The notes beneath the pieces were generated by a model. The model did no database searches. It had not been told where the DNA came from and saw only the letters and a list, made by a program, of their open reading frames with translations. A stretch of 62,176 nucleotides of DNA, filler included, from Nitrospinae bacterium RIFCSPLOWO2_12_FULL_45_22 (lineage in GTDB: Bacteria > 2-12-FULL-45-22): assembly GCA_001803565.1 (NCBI GenBank). It is 4 parts of 4 records of this genome, joined end to end, with 100 filler letters (N's around TTAATTAATTAA, not from the genome) between each part and the next. Parts side by side here need not be neighbours in the genome. Positions count along the whole stretch, not along the records: positions 1 to 23,563 come from MHDQ01000300.1; 3 more parts are not named here. One strand, 5' to 3'. The position numbers and the translations under genes are program-made. The first letter of the stretch is position 1. The number at the start of each line of letters is the position of its first letter. This document shows positions 10,203-20,616 of this stretch, one piece after another.

Positions 10203-10973
10203 TCAGGCCCGTTTATTCCTCTCAAAGATTATTTGTAGGCCTTTTAGGGTCAGGAATGGGTCAACATCTTTTATGGTTTCAGAAATAGGGGCAATGAGGC
10301 CGGCTAAGCCACCGGTAGCGCCAACAGAGGCCTCTTCGCCTAGCTCTTTTTTAATCCGGTTGACTATGCCATCTACCAGGCTAACATAACCATAGATAAC
10401 GCCTGACTGGATGCTATGGACGGTATTCTTCCCAATAACGCTCCGGGGTTTAATCAGATCAACCCGGGGTAGTTTAGCCGCCTCATGGAAAAGGGCCTCG
10501 GTAGAGATAGTTATCCCCGGTGCGATAACCCCGCCCAAGTAATCCCCTTTTCTAGATATCACATCAAAGGTAGTAGCCGTACCAAAATCTACTATTATGG
10601 TGGGACCACCATATTTTTCGTAAGCGGCTACGGCATTAACAATCCGGTCAGCCCCTACCTCCCTGGGGTTATCTACCAGAAGCTGGATGCCGGTCTTTAT
10701 CCCTGGCCCAATAATCATGGGTGTGATACCCAGATAGCGCTCAAACATCTCCATCATTACTGGCAGCAGAGGAGGTACTACACAGGCCATAATAATATCG
10801 GTAATGTCCTGAAGATTGATCTGGCTCAAGCTAAAAAGGTAACGGATCAATAAGCCGTATTCATCAGCGGTCTGATTTTTTCTGGTAGCGATCCGCCAGT
10901 CATTGACTAACTGCCTACCTTCAAAGATCCCCAGGACAATATTTGTATTACCTATATCAGTTGCTAAAAGCAT
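10203..10973 (-). CDS. coaX: Type III pantothenate kinase
   Basis: DIGNTN, EVGADRIVN, VDFGTATTFD, GGVIAPG, ATGG motifs. Confidence 0.95.
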   Translation of the reverse strand: MLLATDIGNTNIVLGIFEGRQLVNDWRIATRKNQTADEYGLLIRYLFSLSQINLQDITDIIMACVVPPLLPVMMEMFERYLGITPMIIGPGIKTGIQLLVDNPREVGADRIVNAVAAYEKYGGPTIIVDFGTATTFDVISRKGDYLGGVIAPGITISTEALFHEAAKLPRVDLIKPRSVIGKNTVHSIQSGVIYGYVSLVDGIVNRIKKELGEEASVGATGGLAGLIAPISETIKDVDPFLTLKGLQIIFERNKRA

Positions 10974-10983
10974 ATTCCGATCC

Positions 10984-11176
10984 TGACACTGTCACATTTA
11001 CCGAGGGGAACCCGACTAAATAAATCCTAAGCACTAAATCCGAAATAATGTCAAAGTTCAAAATCCAAAGCCCAAAACCATTTGCCATTAGGATTTTATC
11101 ATTAGGATTTTGGTCATTTGAATTTGTTTAGGATTTAGAATTTCGCATTTAGAATTTATCTAATTTAACAGTGTCA
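10984..11176. repeat. MITE-like element with heptamer palindromic core
   Basis: Terminal IR TGACACTGT/ACAGTGTCA; internal AAATCCT/AAATCCG-type 7-mers and their complements. Confidence 0.5.
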
Positions 11177-11190
11177 CAAACTTTTGCCCT

Positions 11191-12033
11191 TTAGGTTTTT
11201 TCTACCAACATATGGATATCAACCGCGGGGGCAGAATGGGTCAGCCTACCGAGGGAGATGAAATTTATGCCTGTCTGGGCTACAGCCCGGATATTATCCG
11301 CATTTATGGCACCAGAAGCCTCTACCCATGCCCGGCCAGCAATATATTTTACTGCCTCAGTCATTTCCTGGCCGCTCATATTATCCAGCATAATTACTTC
11401 AGCACTGGCTTCTATGGCCTCCTTTACCTGCGCCAAATCCCTCACTTCAACCTCTATTTTCATCAGAGGAGGGATATTTTGCCGGGCTATTCGGATAGCT
11501 TCTCTCACTCCCCCAACCAGGGCTAAGTGATTATTCTTGATTAATACGCCCTGACTAAGATTAAAGCGGTGGTTCTTGCCTCCACCCACTGTAACCGCAT
11601 ATTTTTCTAATTGCCGCCAGCCCGGCGTAGTCTTACGGGTATCCAGTATCTCTACCTTGTATCCCTGAACCTGCCGCACATATTCGGCAGTAAGGGTAGC
11701 TATGCCTGAGAGCCGTTGTAGGAAATTGAGGGCTAACCGCTCTCCGGTCAGGATAGGCCGGGCCTTACCCTGGATCGCGGCTATCCTATCGCCCCTTTTT
11801 AACCTACTACTATCTTTACTAAGGGCCCTGAAGGACAAAGAGGGGTCTAGGCGGTGGAATACGGCTTGAGCCACCTCTAGACCCGCTAATACCAGCTCTG
11901 ATTTGGCAATAATAGTCCCTTTAGCCATTAACCCCGAGGGGATCAAACTATCCGTAGTAATATCCCCTGAGCCAATATCTTCTATTAAAGATATTTCCAG
12001 GAGTTTAAGGGTATGGGATGTGAGAAGGGACAT
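11191..12033 (-). CDS. nadC: Quinolinate phosphoribosyltransferase
   Basis: GERLALNFLQRLSGIAT, DTRKTTPG, EKYAV, NHR, IEVEV, MLDNM, EASG. Confidence 0.95.
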   Translation of the reverse strand: MSLLTSHTLKLLEISLIEDIGSGDITTDSLIPSGLMAKGTIIAKSELVLAGLEVAQAVFHRLDPSLSFRALSKDSSRLKRGDRIAAIQGKARPILTGERLALNFLQRLSGIATLTAEYVRQVQGYKVEILDTRKTTPGWRQLEKYAVTVGGGKNHRFNLSQGVLIKNNHLALVGGVREAIRIARQNIPPLMKIEVEVRDLAQVKEAIEASAEVIMLDNMSGQEMTEAVKYIAGRAWVEASGAINADNIRAVAQTGINFISLGRLTHSAPAVDIHMLVEKT

Positions 12034-12037
12034 GTTT

Positions 12038-14695
12038 TTAGGACATCTTCTCCAATGACTTTCTTAAATTTTCTGCCTTTTCTCTGAGGGCTTGCTCCTT
12101 CTGGATATTCTTCTCCAGGATAGCCCTTGGTACCTTCGCCCTAAAAGATTCATTGGATAGTTTTGCTTCAACAAGCCTTAGCTCCTCTTCTATCTTTGCT
12201 AATTCGCGGCTCAATCTCTTCCCTTCACTCTGCCAGTCTATAGTGGTAGGGGGTAAGACAAATATCTCGGTCTTATATACCAGGGCCGATACGGCCTTTT
12301 TAGCCGTACTATCCCAGGCACCAATCTTTAACTTTTCTACCGAAGCCAGGAGTACAATATGGTGCTGATGTCTCTCTATTATGGCTAATTCCCCTGGTTC
12401 CTTAGGATCAAGCACTACCTCGATCTTACACCCTGGCGGGATATTTAACTCACCCCGGATATTCCTGATAGCACCAATGACCTCCATCAGAAAGCTCATC
12501 TCTTCTTCTATCTGGGGGGCGATCCAGGCTTCCTGGGTTTTTGGGAAAGGGGCTACCATTATGCCCTCGCCAGCAACGGATAGTTGCTGCCAAAGCTCCT
12601 CGGTAATAAAAGGCATGAAGGGATGGAGCAGGCGCAGGCTCTTATCCAGGACGAAGGCCATTACTTGCTGGGCTACCAGCTTAGATGGGGTGGACTGCCT
12701 GAGCCGGGGCTTTATCAGCTCCAGATACCAGTCGCACAATTCATGCCAGAAGAATTGATAGATGTTGCTGGCGGCTTCATTGAACTTATATTCTTCCAGG
12801 GCTATATTTACCTGGCCAATAACTCTATTTAGCCGGCTGATAATCCAGCGGTCTTCGGTTTCCATATGGTGCTGGTCTGCGAGCTTCAGTTCTTCAATTT
12901 GGCCACACAAATCCGTAAGGTTCATTAAGGCGAAGCGGAGGGCATTCCATACCTTATTAGCAAAGTTCCTATAGCCCTGGATGCGCTCCTCTGAGAGGAA
13001 GATATCCCGCCCTTGGACGGCAAAAGCTGCCAGGGTAAACCGGAAGGCATCTGCACCGTAGCGCTCAATCATCACTAACGGATCAATGACATTACCCCGG
13101 CTCTTGCTCATCTTCTTCCCTTCTGCATCCCTGACCAGGGCATGGATATACACTTCTCTAAAAGGCACCTCTCCCATAAACTTTAAGCCCATCATGATCA
13201 TGCGGGCAACCCAGAAGAACAGGATATCAAACCCTGTGACTAAGACCGAGGTAGGGTAAAAGACCTCCAGGTCACGGGTTTTGTCGGGCCAGCCCAGGGT
13301 CGAGAAAGGCCATAAGGCCGAGCTGAACCAGGTATCCAACACATCGGTCTCTTGCGATAGGTTGGGGCTGCCACATTGCTGGCAGGCCCGCGGCTCTTCC
13401 CGGTCTACCGTGATCGCCTCACAAGCCTGACAATGCCAGGCCGGGATACGGTGTCCCCACCAAATCTGACGCGATATGCACCAATCCCGGATATTATGCA
13501 TCCATTCAAAATAGGTCTTTTCCCAGGAAGTTGGTATGATCCTCACCCGGCCTTCGTTAACGGCCTGGATAGCTGGTTTTGCCAGCGGTTCCATCCGGAC
13601 AAACCATTGACGCGATAGATTAGGCTCTACAATAGTCTTGCAGCGATAGCAATGCCCTACACTATGGCTATAGTCTTCCTTTTTCTCCAGGTAGCAAGCC
13701 TGTTCCAGGTCTCCCAGTAAGGCCTTGCGGCATTGAAACCGGTCCATACCAGCATATTTGCCGGCCTCAGCCGTCATCCGACCATCTTCGCCAATGACCT
13801 TTATCTGCGCTAACTGATGCCGCAAACCCATCAAGAAATCGTTAGGATCATGGGCGGGCGTAACTTTTAATACACCGGTGCCAAAGGCAATATCTACATA
13901 TTCATCGGCAATCAATGGTATCTTTCGGTTGAGGATAGGGAGATAGAGTTCCTTACCCAGATAAGGAATATAACGACTGTCATTAGGATTCACGGCTACT
14001 GCGGTATCGCCCAGGATGGTCTCGGGCCGCGTAGTAGCCACGGTCAGATAACCATCGCCTTCTACTAAGAAATACCGGACATAGTAGAGATGACCTTTTA
14101 TCTCCTCATGCTCTACTTCCAGGTCAGAGAGGGCGGTCTGGCACCGGGGACACCAGTTGATGATATAGTTATCTCGATAGATGAGGCCCTCCTGGTATAA
14201 CCGGACAAATACCTCTTTAACGGCCCGGGAGAGCCCCTCATCCATAGTGAATCGCTCCCGCTGCCAGTCACAAGAGCTGCCTAGTTTTTTCAACTGCTCG
14301 ATAATGGCACGGCCTGACTCTTCCCGCCATTGCCACACCCGTTGAATAAACCTCTCCCGGCCATACTGGTATCTATTGCTACCTTCTTTAAGGAGCTGCT
14401 GCTCGATTACATTTTGAGTGGCTATGCCAGCATGGTCTGTCCCCGGGAGCCACAGGGCATTATAACCTTGCATCCGCTTCCAGCGCACCAGAATATCCTG
14501 TAAGGTATTGTTGAGGGCATGGCCCATATGGAGCGAGCCAGTGATATTAGGGGGGGGGATAACTATGGTAAAGGGTTCAGCCGGGGCATCTGTCCGGGCA
14601 TGGAAATAGCCCTTTTCCAGCCAGTAACGGTACCACTTTTCTTCAGTGATAGCCGGGTCATAAGTCTTAGCTAATTGGGCTTTATCTGTTCTCAT
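12038..14695 (-). CDS. valS: Valine--tRNA ligase
   Basis: PPPNITGSLHMGHA (HIGH), DWCISRQIWWGHRIP, KMSKS, C-terminal coiled coil. Confidence 0.97.
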   Translation of the reverse strand: MRTDKAQLAKTYDPAITEEKWYRYWLEKGYFHARTDAPAEPFTIVIPPPNITGSLHMGHALNNTLQDILVRWKRMQGYNALWLPGTDHAGIATQNVIEQQLLKEGSNRYQYGRERFIQRVWQWREESGRAIIEQLKKLGSSCDWQRERFTMDEGLSRAVKEVFVRLYQEGLIYRDNYIINWCPRCQTALSDLEVEHEEIKGHLYYVRYFLVEGDGYLTVATTRPETILGDTAVAVNPNDSRYIPYLGKELYLPILNRKIPLIADEYVDIAFGTGVLKVTPAHDPNDFLMGLRHQLAQIKVIGEDGRMTAEAGKYAGMDRFQCRKALLGDLEQACYLEKKEDYSHSVGHCYRCKTIVEPNLSRQWFVRMEPLAKPAIQAVNEGRVRIIPTSWEKTYFEWMHNIRDWCISRQIWWGHRIPAWHCQACEAITVDREEPRACQQCGSPNLSQETDVLDTWFSSALWPFSTLGWPDKTRDLEVFYPTSVLVTGFDILFFWVARMIMMGLKFMGEVPFREVYIHALVRDAEGKKMSKSRGNVIDPLVMIERYGADAFRFTLAAFAVQGRDIFLSEERIQGYRNFANKVWNALRFALMNLTDLCGQIEELKLADQHHMETEDRWIISRLNRVIGQVNIALEEYKFNEAASNIYQFFWHELCDWYLELIKPRLRQSTPSKLVAQQVMAFVLDKSLRLLHPFMPFITEELWQQLSVAGEGIMVAPFPKTQEAWIAPQIEEEMSFLMEVIGAIRNIRGELNIPPGCKIEVVLDPKEPGELAIIERHQHHIVLLASVEKLKIGAWDSTAKKAVSALVYKTEIFVLPPTTIDWQSEGKRLSRELAKIEEELRLVEAKLSNESFRAKVPRAILEKNIQKEQALREKAENLRKSLEKMS

Positions 14696-14729
14696 ATTTC
14701 AATTTGGCAGCACAAAGACCCACGGGGTG

Positions 14730-15350
14730 TTAAGCCAGTAGCTCCTTTTCTCGCCCCCTGGGTACTACGGCGCCGCCGGAGACAACCATTTTTATCCCAT
14801 CTTCAACACTCATAGACAGGGGGATAAGCTCCTGGCGCGGAACGATAATGAGCCTGCCAGAAGTAGGGTTCGGGGTCACGGGGATAAAGACATTTGCTAA
14901 GGTCTCGCTGGTATGTTCCTGGGCCTCCCAATAATTATCACAGGTAATAAAGCCCAGGGAATAGATGCCCTTACGGGGGTATTCTACCAGCACTACCTGG
15001 CGGAAGCTATTCCGGTCTGTAACGGTAACAGTCTCCAGGAATTGCTTGGCAATCTGATATATATTCCGTACCAGAGGGATCTGGTTGAGCAACTGTTCTC
15101 CTAATCTAACCAATTTCTTTCCGATAAAATTAGTTGCTACTAACCCTACTAGAAAAACAGCCACTATAGTAATAGTCACCCCTAAACCCGGGATATTATA
15201 CCCTAATAAGGTCTTAAATAATGGGGAAAATAAACGGTCCAATCGGGTAAAGAGAAAAGAGAGGAGGAAGATAGGGATCGATACCGGTATGATCACCAAT
15301 AATCCTGCCAGAAAGATATTCCTCAGCTTATGTCTTATCCTTTTCAGCAT
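14730..15350 (-). CDS. DUF502 family membrane protein
   Basis: FLAGLLVIIP, IPLVRNIY, VLVEYPRKG, VFIPVTPNPTSG, VVSGG. Confidence 0.85.
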   Translation of the reverse strand: MLKRIRHKLRNIFLAGLLVIIPVSIPIFLLSFLFTRLDRLFSPLFKTLLGYNIPGLGVTITIVAVFLVGLVATNFIGKKLVRLGEQLLNQIPLVRNIYQIAKQFLETVTVTDRNSFRQVVLVEYPRKGIYSLGFITCDNYWEAQEHTSETLANVFIPVTPNPTSGRLIIVPRQELIPLSMSVEDGIKMVVSGGAVVPRGREKELLA

Positions 15351-15372
15351 ATGCAATATTCTTGTAACTATT

Positions 15373-15505
15373 CCACAGCAGAGCACGCAGAGATATCTAT
15401 ATCGTAAGGGATGAGGAGTTAGCAGTAAGTAGTTAACTCCTCCCGGCTCACTGCTTACTCCTCACAACCCAGATATATTTGCGCTCTCTGCGTGCGTTGT
15501 GGTGA
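15373..15505. repeat. Nested palindromic intergenic repeat
   Basis: Outer CCACAGCAGAGCACGCAGAGA / TCTCTGCGTGCGTTGTGG; inner GAGGAGTTAGCAGTAAG / CACTGCTTACTCCTC. Confidence 0.55.
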
Positions 15506-15512
15506 GCAGTTA

Positions 15513-16421
15513 TTATTTCTTTTTCCTGGTTCTTTTTGCTGGCCACAAGAGCAGTATTGGGCTGGCAATGTATATAGTGGAATAGGTTCCGCTAATAACC
15601 CCTATTATTAGAGCAAAGGCAAAGTCATGAATGACCTCTCCGCCAAGAAAAAATAAAGCCAGGACTGTTATGAAGACAGTAAAAGAGGTCAGGATGGTAC
15701 GACTCAGGGTCTCATTGACACTGATATTTATAAGCGTAGCTAACTCGGTGTTTTTGCTCAATTTCTTGAGGTTCTCCCGCACCCGATCAAATAATACTAT
15801 GGTATCATTAATAGAATAGCCAATTATAGTCAGCAGGGCCGCTACTACCGGGAGGGTAATCTCTTTGTTAGCTAAAGAGAAAAATGCTACCGTTACCCAA
15901 ACATCATGGATCAAGGCCAAGATCCCACCGGACGCCCAAAGCCACCCAAACCTATAAGTCACATAGCCATACATTGCCGCAAAGGATAAGACAAGGGCGA
16001 TGATAGCCTCTTTTTGTAGCTCTTTACTTACCTGGGGGCCTACGGTCTCGGTGCGTCTCTCCTCCCAGTTGTTCTGTGGGAAAGATTTATGGATAGCCTG
16101 TATAAGGCGGTTTTTTAGCTCCTCAGGGGCCTCGGAAGACTGGGGCGCCCGGATCAAGACCTCGTGTCCATCGCCAAATTCTTGAATCTGGGCCTTTGCC
16201 CAGCCAATCTTACTCAGACTATCGCGCAACTGGTTCAGGGGTACAACCTTATCCGACCTTAACTGCACCAGGAGTCCACCACTGAAGTCTACTCCATAAT
16301 TGGGACCACCTTTCAGGATCATAGAGATAGTCCCTGCCAGGATAACCAACCCTGAGAGGGCAAGACAATAGTATAGCTTTCCTACAAAATCTATCTTAGT
16401 ACCCGGCTTTATCCATTCCAT
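15513..16421 (-). CDS. secF: Protein translocase subunit SecF
   Basis: GVDFSGG, VGPQVSKEL, ALIHDV, IIGYSINDTIVLFDRVREN, ETLSRTILTS, GTYSTIYIA. Confidence 0.93.
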   Translation of the reverse strand: MEWIKPGTKIDFVGKLYYCLALSGLVILAGTISMILKGGPNYGVDFSGGLLVQLRSDKVVPLNQLRDSLSKIGWAKAQIQEFGDGHEVLIRAPQSSEAPEELKNRLIQAIHKSFPQNNWEERRTETVGPQVSKELQKEAIIALVLSFAAMYGYVTYRFGWLWASGGILALIHDVWVTVAFFSLANKEITLPVVAALLTIIGYSINDTIVLFDRVRENLKKLSKNTELATLINISVNETLSRTILTSFTVFITVLALFFLGGEVIHDFAFALIIGVISGTYSTIYIASPILLLWPAKRTRKKK

Positions 16422-17164
16422 ATTATCTTCTCCCTTCCAAAAATCCGCACCAACCACACACTTATCTCATAAAGAACTACTAAAGGCCCGGCCAACAGCA
16501 GCATATTATAGGCATCCGGCGTGGGGGTCAGGATAGCGGCTGCAATAGTGAGCAGCATTATAGCATAGCGACGATTCCGGGATAGAAAATGGTGATTAAC
16601 TATCCCAACCCTGCCCAGAAGTACTAGCACTAACGGGAGCTGAAAAGTTATACCGAATGCCATGATCATTACCAGACAAAAAGAAAAATATCTATCTGCT
16701 GATATTAAAGGTCTTATGTGCTCCCCACCATAACCAAGTAGAAACTGTAGCCCAGCGGGTAATACTACCAAAAAGCATAGTGCAGAACCTAAAAAAAAGA
16801 GGGTGGCAGCAATCAGGATTATACCTATGAAATATTTCTTATAAAACGTATAGGTAGGATTGCTATGGAAAAAAGTACCGCCTATGGCCAAGATCTCAGC
16901 AAAAATAAAAGGCATCGCCAGAAAAATGGCGGTAAAAAAAGAGATTCTCAGCCTTACCCAAAAGGCCTCAGTAACAGAAAATACTGCTAAAGCACCCCTC
17001 ACGGGCTTGTCCAGTAGATTCATTACCGGCCCACTAAAAGGGTATGCCGCAACGCTCAAAATAACTAATCCGGCAAAGACCCGTATGAATCTCCACCGAA
17101 CCTCCTCCAGCCTCTCCTGTACCCCTTGCCAATCTAAGACCCTGCCTTGATCTTGCAAAACCAT
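16409..17164 (-). CDS. tatC: Twin-arginine translocase subunit TatC
   Basis: LEEVRWR, TEAFWVRL, FGITFQLP, RRYAI, AAILTPTPD, LYEISV. Confidence 0.85.
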   Translation of the reverse strand: MVLQDQGRVLDWQGVQERLEEVRWRFIRVFAGLVILSVAAYPFSGPVMNLLDKPVRGALAVFSVTEAFWVRLRISFFTAIFLAMPFIFAEILAIGGTFFHSNPTYTFYKKYFIGIILIAATLFFLGSALCFLVVLPAGLQFLLGYGGEHIRPLISADRYFSFCLVMIMAFGITFQLPLVLVLLGRVGIVNHHFLSRNRRYAIMLLTIAAAILTPTPDAYNMLLLAGPLVVLYEISVWLVRIFGREKIIWNG

Positions 17165-17239
17165 TCTCTTGTTATATTTTAACCATTCCGGGCCATCAAA
17201 TAAACCTCAAAAGGGCCTTAATTTGATAATATCGGATTT

Positions 17240-17326
17240 GTTTTTTTTGACAGGATTTACAGGATAAAACAGGATAAATACAAAAGACAAAAAAAATTTG
17301 TAAATCCTGCTAATCCTGTCTAAAAA
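17240..17326. repeat. Palindromic 9-mer repeat (ACAGGATTT type)
   Basis: GACAGGATTT-ACAGGATAAA-ACAGGAT ... ATCCTGCTA-ATCCTGTC. Confidence 0.55.
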
Positions 17327-17495
17327 GTCCTGCCGAAGAATGAAGATAGCCACAACTGCGTTAATTTAGTTATTTTATTCTATTTGTCCTCTTAGGGGAA
17401 GGAGAAAAATCGGCTTTAAAGGTTGTTCAAATTAAACCGCTGGGATTAGGGCTCTTATTTTGACTGGGGTAAGTAGTATGTTGGAATACAGGGTT

Positions 17496-18296
17496 CTAAC
17501 AGATAATTATGCCGCCATACCCTACTACTTGTTGATAGTCACCAGTGATGTCTCCTGAAGTCATATATTTCACCAGATCGGCTTTTGCTGCCCCCATTTG
17601 GAGGGTAGCCTGCAAAGCAATTACCGCAGGGATAAAACCACACATAGATATGTTATTGCTAATAATAGTTTGATACAATCCTGTGGGGTCTAAGGTCAGA
17701 ATCCGGTCAATGGCCAGCCGGTCTCGAGCTTCAGCAATTTTCTGCGGTTCATAGTGGGTAAAGTCGCTGCTGGCCACGATAACTACCGATTGGTCACAGG
17801 CCTTTATCGCCCTGGCAATGGCAGTGCCAATCTCCAGACAAATAGATAAATCTAGTTGCTGCAAAACTGCCGGTACTATATCAAAATCGCTGGTAAGATA
17901 CTGGATAAATGGGAGTTGTAGCTCTAAAGAATGTTCTTGCGCATGGGCATACTGATCTTCCTGTAGATATTCAGTACTGGCCATCATGGCTTTAGCTAAG
18001 GTAGAGTTAATCTTTATCGGCCCATTAGGCATCTCCCACTCTCCTGACGCTATTAGTGCGGCAGGGCTACCGATTCCTTTATGATTCGGCCCCAGAATAA
18101 TGAAGGTACGTGGTAGTTGAATACAGGAATAAACTGCCCCAGCTACTGCCCCGGAATATTTGATACCCGCATGGGGCGAGACGATAGCCAAAACCTTTTT
18201 CTTCGGAGCCATTAAATCTATATATGGTTTAAGTTCCTTCTTTAGCCTCTCGCCATCCTTTTCATAAAAATAACCTGCTACCGCTGGTTTGCGCAT
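17496..18296 (-). CDS. amrB: AmmeMemoRadiSam system protein B (MEMO1 family)
   Basis: RKPAVAGYFY, PHAGIKYSG, GPNH, EHSLELQLPF, ASSDFTHY, SMCG, VVGY. Confidence 0.88.
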   Translation of the reverse strand: MRKPAVAGYFYEKDGERLKKELKPYIDLMAPKKKVLAIVSPHAGIKYSGAVAGAVYSCIQLPRTFIILGPNHKGIGSPAALIASGEWEMPNGPIKINSTLAKAMMASTEYLQEDQYAHAQEHSLELQLPFIQYLTSDFDIVPAVLQQLDLSICLEIGTAIARAIKACDQSVVIVASSDFTHYEPQKIAEARDRLAIDRILTLDPTGLYQTIISNNISMCGFIPAVIALQATLQMGAAKADLVKYMTSGDITGDYQQVVGYGGIIIC

Positions 18297-18466
18297 GGAG
18301 TATAAGCACCTCCCTTAAATACGCCCCCACTCCTCTGCCGCCTGGCTTTCTCTAGCTTAATTATTGGGGGTTAAGGGGCGGGGCAAAAAAGCAAAAATTA
18401 TCCTGCTCCCAAAAATACTACCACCTTACAATAGCTTTGTCAAAAATGCCACATCCTCAGGGAATC

Positions 18467-19537
18467 CTAGCCCTCACCTTCTTTAATAAGCCGGATAAGT
18501 TCGTCAGGCAAAGAGGATCGTGCTATAGCCTCCTCGTAGTCAATACACCCATCCAGGTAGAGTTTCTGTAAAGACTGATTCAAGGTTTGGGAGCCATATT
18601 TGGCCCGTTCCATGAGCATCATAGAATAGATATTATGAATTTTACCTTCCCGGATAAGGTTCTGAATAGCAGGGCTGGGGATCAAAATCTCCAGGGCCAG
18701 AACCCTTCCCAGGACATCCTTTCTGGGGAGCAAGAGTTGAGACAGGATAGCTATGAGGGTAAGAGAGAGCTGCCCGAGGACTTGCTTCTGCTGAGAAGCC
18801 GGGAAATAATCAAGAATACGATGGATAGTCTGGGCACTATTATTAGTATGGAGGGTAGCGATGGATAAGTGGCCGGTTTCGGAAATGCTCAGGGCAGTCT
18901 CAATAGTCTCCTGATCCCGCATCTCCCCTATAAAAACTACATCCGGGTCCTGCCTCAAGACATATTTTATAGCCTCTCTGAAAGATTCTGTATCAGAATA
19001 TACCTCTCTCTGGCTTACCAGGCACCTCTTATGAGGATGAAGATATTCTATCGGGTCTTCGATGGTGACAATATGTCCTTGCAGCTCGGAATTGATCCGG
19101 TCTATCATAGCCGCTACCGTAGTAGATTTTCCACTACCACTAGGACCGGTTACCAAGATCAATCCTTTAGGTTTTTTGACAAAATCTTCCAATATCAGCG
19201 GGAGCCCCAGATCTTCGAATGAAGGGATTTTGAAAGGAACAGTCCTTATGGCGGCACTGATGCTGCCCCGTTGGGAGAATATGTTGGCCCGGAACCTACT
19301 CAATCCCTTTATGCCAAAGGAGATATCCAACTCGTTTCTCTCCCGGAACTTCTGTCTCTGCGTTTCCGTCAAAAGTGAGAAACATAACTCCTTAGCCTCA
19401 CCAGGGGCTAGCGGGGGTAGGTCTAAGGGTTTCAATTTGCCATCTACCCGGATCCGAGGTGAAGAATTTGCCGATATATGAAGATCAGAGGCCCCTCTCT
19501 TCACCATCTCTTCCAACAAGCGGTCAATTTTCATCAT
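18467..19537 (-). CDS. pilT: Type IV pilus retraction ATPase PilT family
   Basis: GASDLH, VTGPSGSGKSTT, TIEDPIE, LRQDPDV, GEMRD, ETGHL..TLH, AIQNLIRE. Confidence 0.9.
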   Translation of the reverse strand: MMKIDRLLEEMVKRGASDLHISANSSPRIRVDGKLKPLDLPPLAPGEAKELCFSLLTETQRQKFRERNELDISFGIKGLSRFRANIFSQRGSISAAIRTVPFKIPSFEDLGLPLILEDFVKKPKGLILVTGPSGSGKSTTVAAMIDRINSELQGHIVTIEDPIEYLHPHKRCLVSQREVYSDTESFREAIKYVLRQDPDVVFIGEMRDQETIETALSISETGHLSIATLHTNNSAQTIHRILDYFPASQQKQVLGQLSLTLIAILSQLLLPRKDVLGRVLALEILIPSPAIQNLIREGKIHNIYSMMLMERAKYGSQTLNQSLQKLYLDGCIDYEEAIARSSLPDELIRLIKEGEG

Positions 19538-19700
19538 CTCTCCACCTCTGGATAATCAGAAAATAATGTCCTCACAAAACCCAGTTAAAATGAATGCTGA
19601 TGGTGGTTAAGCTGACTAGGCGCTTCATTGCAGCACCCCCGGGATAAACGTAACAGTTCACCTATTTTGTAAATGTTTAGCCGACTAAAGTCTTCTAAAA

Positions 19701-19874
19701 ATAAGCCGCAAAAATGCGCAAAAGGAACAAAAAACAATATGAACCACAAAGCCACAAAGAACACTAAGAAAAAGAAGGGTAGCATCTCGAGGATGGTCAA
19801 TTGAATTCTTTGTGTCCTTGGTGTCTTTGTGGTTATAAACTTAACCAGAATTTTCTTGTGCCTTTTTGTGGCTA
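19701..19874. repeat. Nested 9-mer palindromic repeats
   Basis: AGCCGCAAAAATGCGCAAAAG / CTTGTGCCTTTTTGTGGCT enclosing AACCACAAAGCCACAAAGAACAC / GTGTCCTTGGTGTCTTTGTGGTT. Confidence 0.55.
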
Positions 19875-19989
19875 AACTATTACCCTATTTTTTATTGTAC
19901 TTAATCTTTTAAATAATGTATATAATAAGATAGAACACAGAGGGTTAACTGTCCATTGGTCTGGGCAAAGATTAAGAAAGGAGGTAATC

Positions 19990-20457
19990 ATGTCTCTCTC
20001 AAGAGTAAGGTTTTTTGGTCTAGTAGGCATTATTATTTTATCAACTATTATTCAGTCTCCCGCCCAGGAGAAGAAAGAAAATCGTTATGGTATAACAGGT
20101 AAAGATTTGGAGAATAGGGTGGTAACCATAACTACCTTTGAGGGATTAGAGCCGGCAGAGGTCTCTTCCAGCAAAGGAACAACCGTCATCTGGGTTAACC
20201 ATAGCGTGAATGATATGCGTATTGTATTTAAAGAGGGCGATCAGGTAACGGTTTCTTGTATTAACCCGGTAAACTTTTCTCTGCAGAAGGATGGTGCCTT
20301 TCAGTCAGATCTCATCCCCCACGGTGGTACGGCCAGTATCTGCTTTGTGGAGGGAGGTGAGTATAAATATCAGCTCCTTAAGGTAGCCGGGCCAGAGAGC
20401 CGGGACCCTTCTAAGCTAGGTAATTTTAAGCAAAAGGGGACAATAAAAATCCAATAA
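19990..20457 (+). CDS. Secreted cupredoxin-fold-like hypothetical protein
   Basis: Signal peptide; P..V....GTTVIWVN, GEYKY and GTIKIQ cupredoxin-like strands; canonical type 1 Cu ligands not evident. Confidence 0.55.
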   Translation: MSLSRVRFFGLVGIIILSTIIQSPAQEKKENRYGITGKDLENRVVTITTFEGLEPAEVSSSKGTTVIWVNHSVNDMRIVFKEGDQVTVSCINPVNFSLQKDGAFQSDLIPHGGTASICFVEGGEYKYQLLKVAGPESRDPSKLGNFKQKGTIKIQ

Positions 20458-20467
20458 TGGTAACATT

Positions 20468-20616
20468 TAAGCGTTCAGGTATCAGCCGTCAGCTTTCAGC
20501 AAAGGTTTGGTGAGTAGTTAATTGGTGAATGGTTAATTAGTAATACTCACCACTCACCAAGTGACCCATTAACCAGTAAAATGCTGACTGCTGATGGCTG
20601 AGTACTGAATGCTTAC
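20468..20616. repeat. Heptamer-repeat MITE-like element overlapping the stop codon of 20613..21896
   Basis: TAAGCGTTCAG...CTGAATGCTTAC termini, TCAGC heptamers, internal TGGTGA/TCACCA repeats. Confidence 0.6.

Noticed and set aside
19585-19800. 71-aa hydrophobic ORF
   Set aside because: Translates the palindromic repeat region; likely spurious
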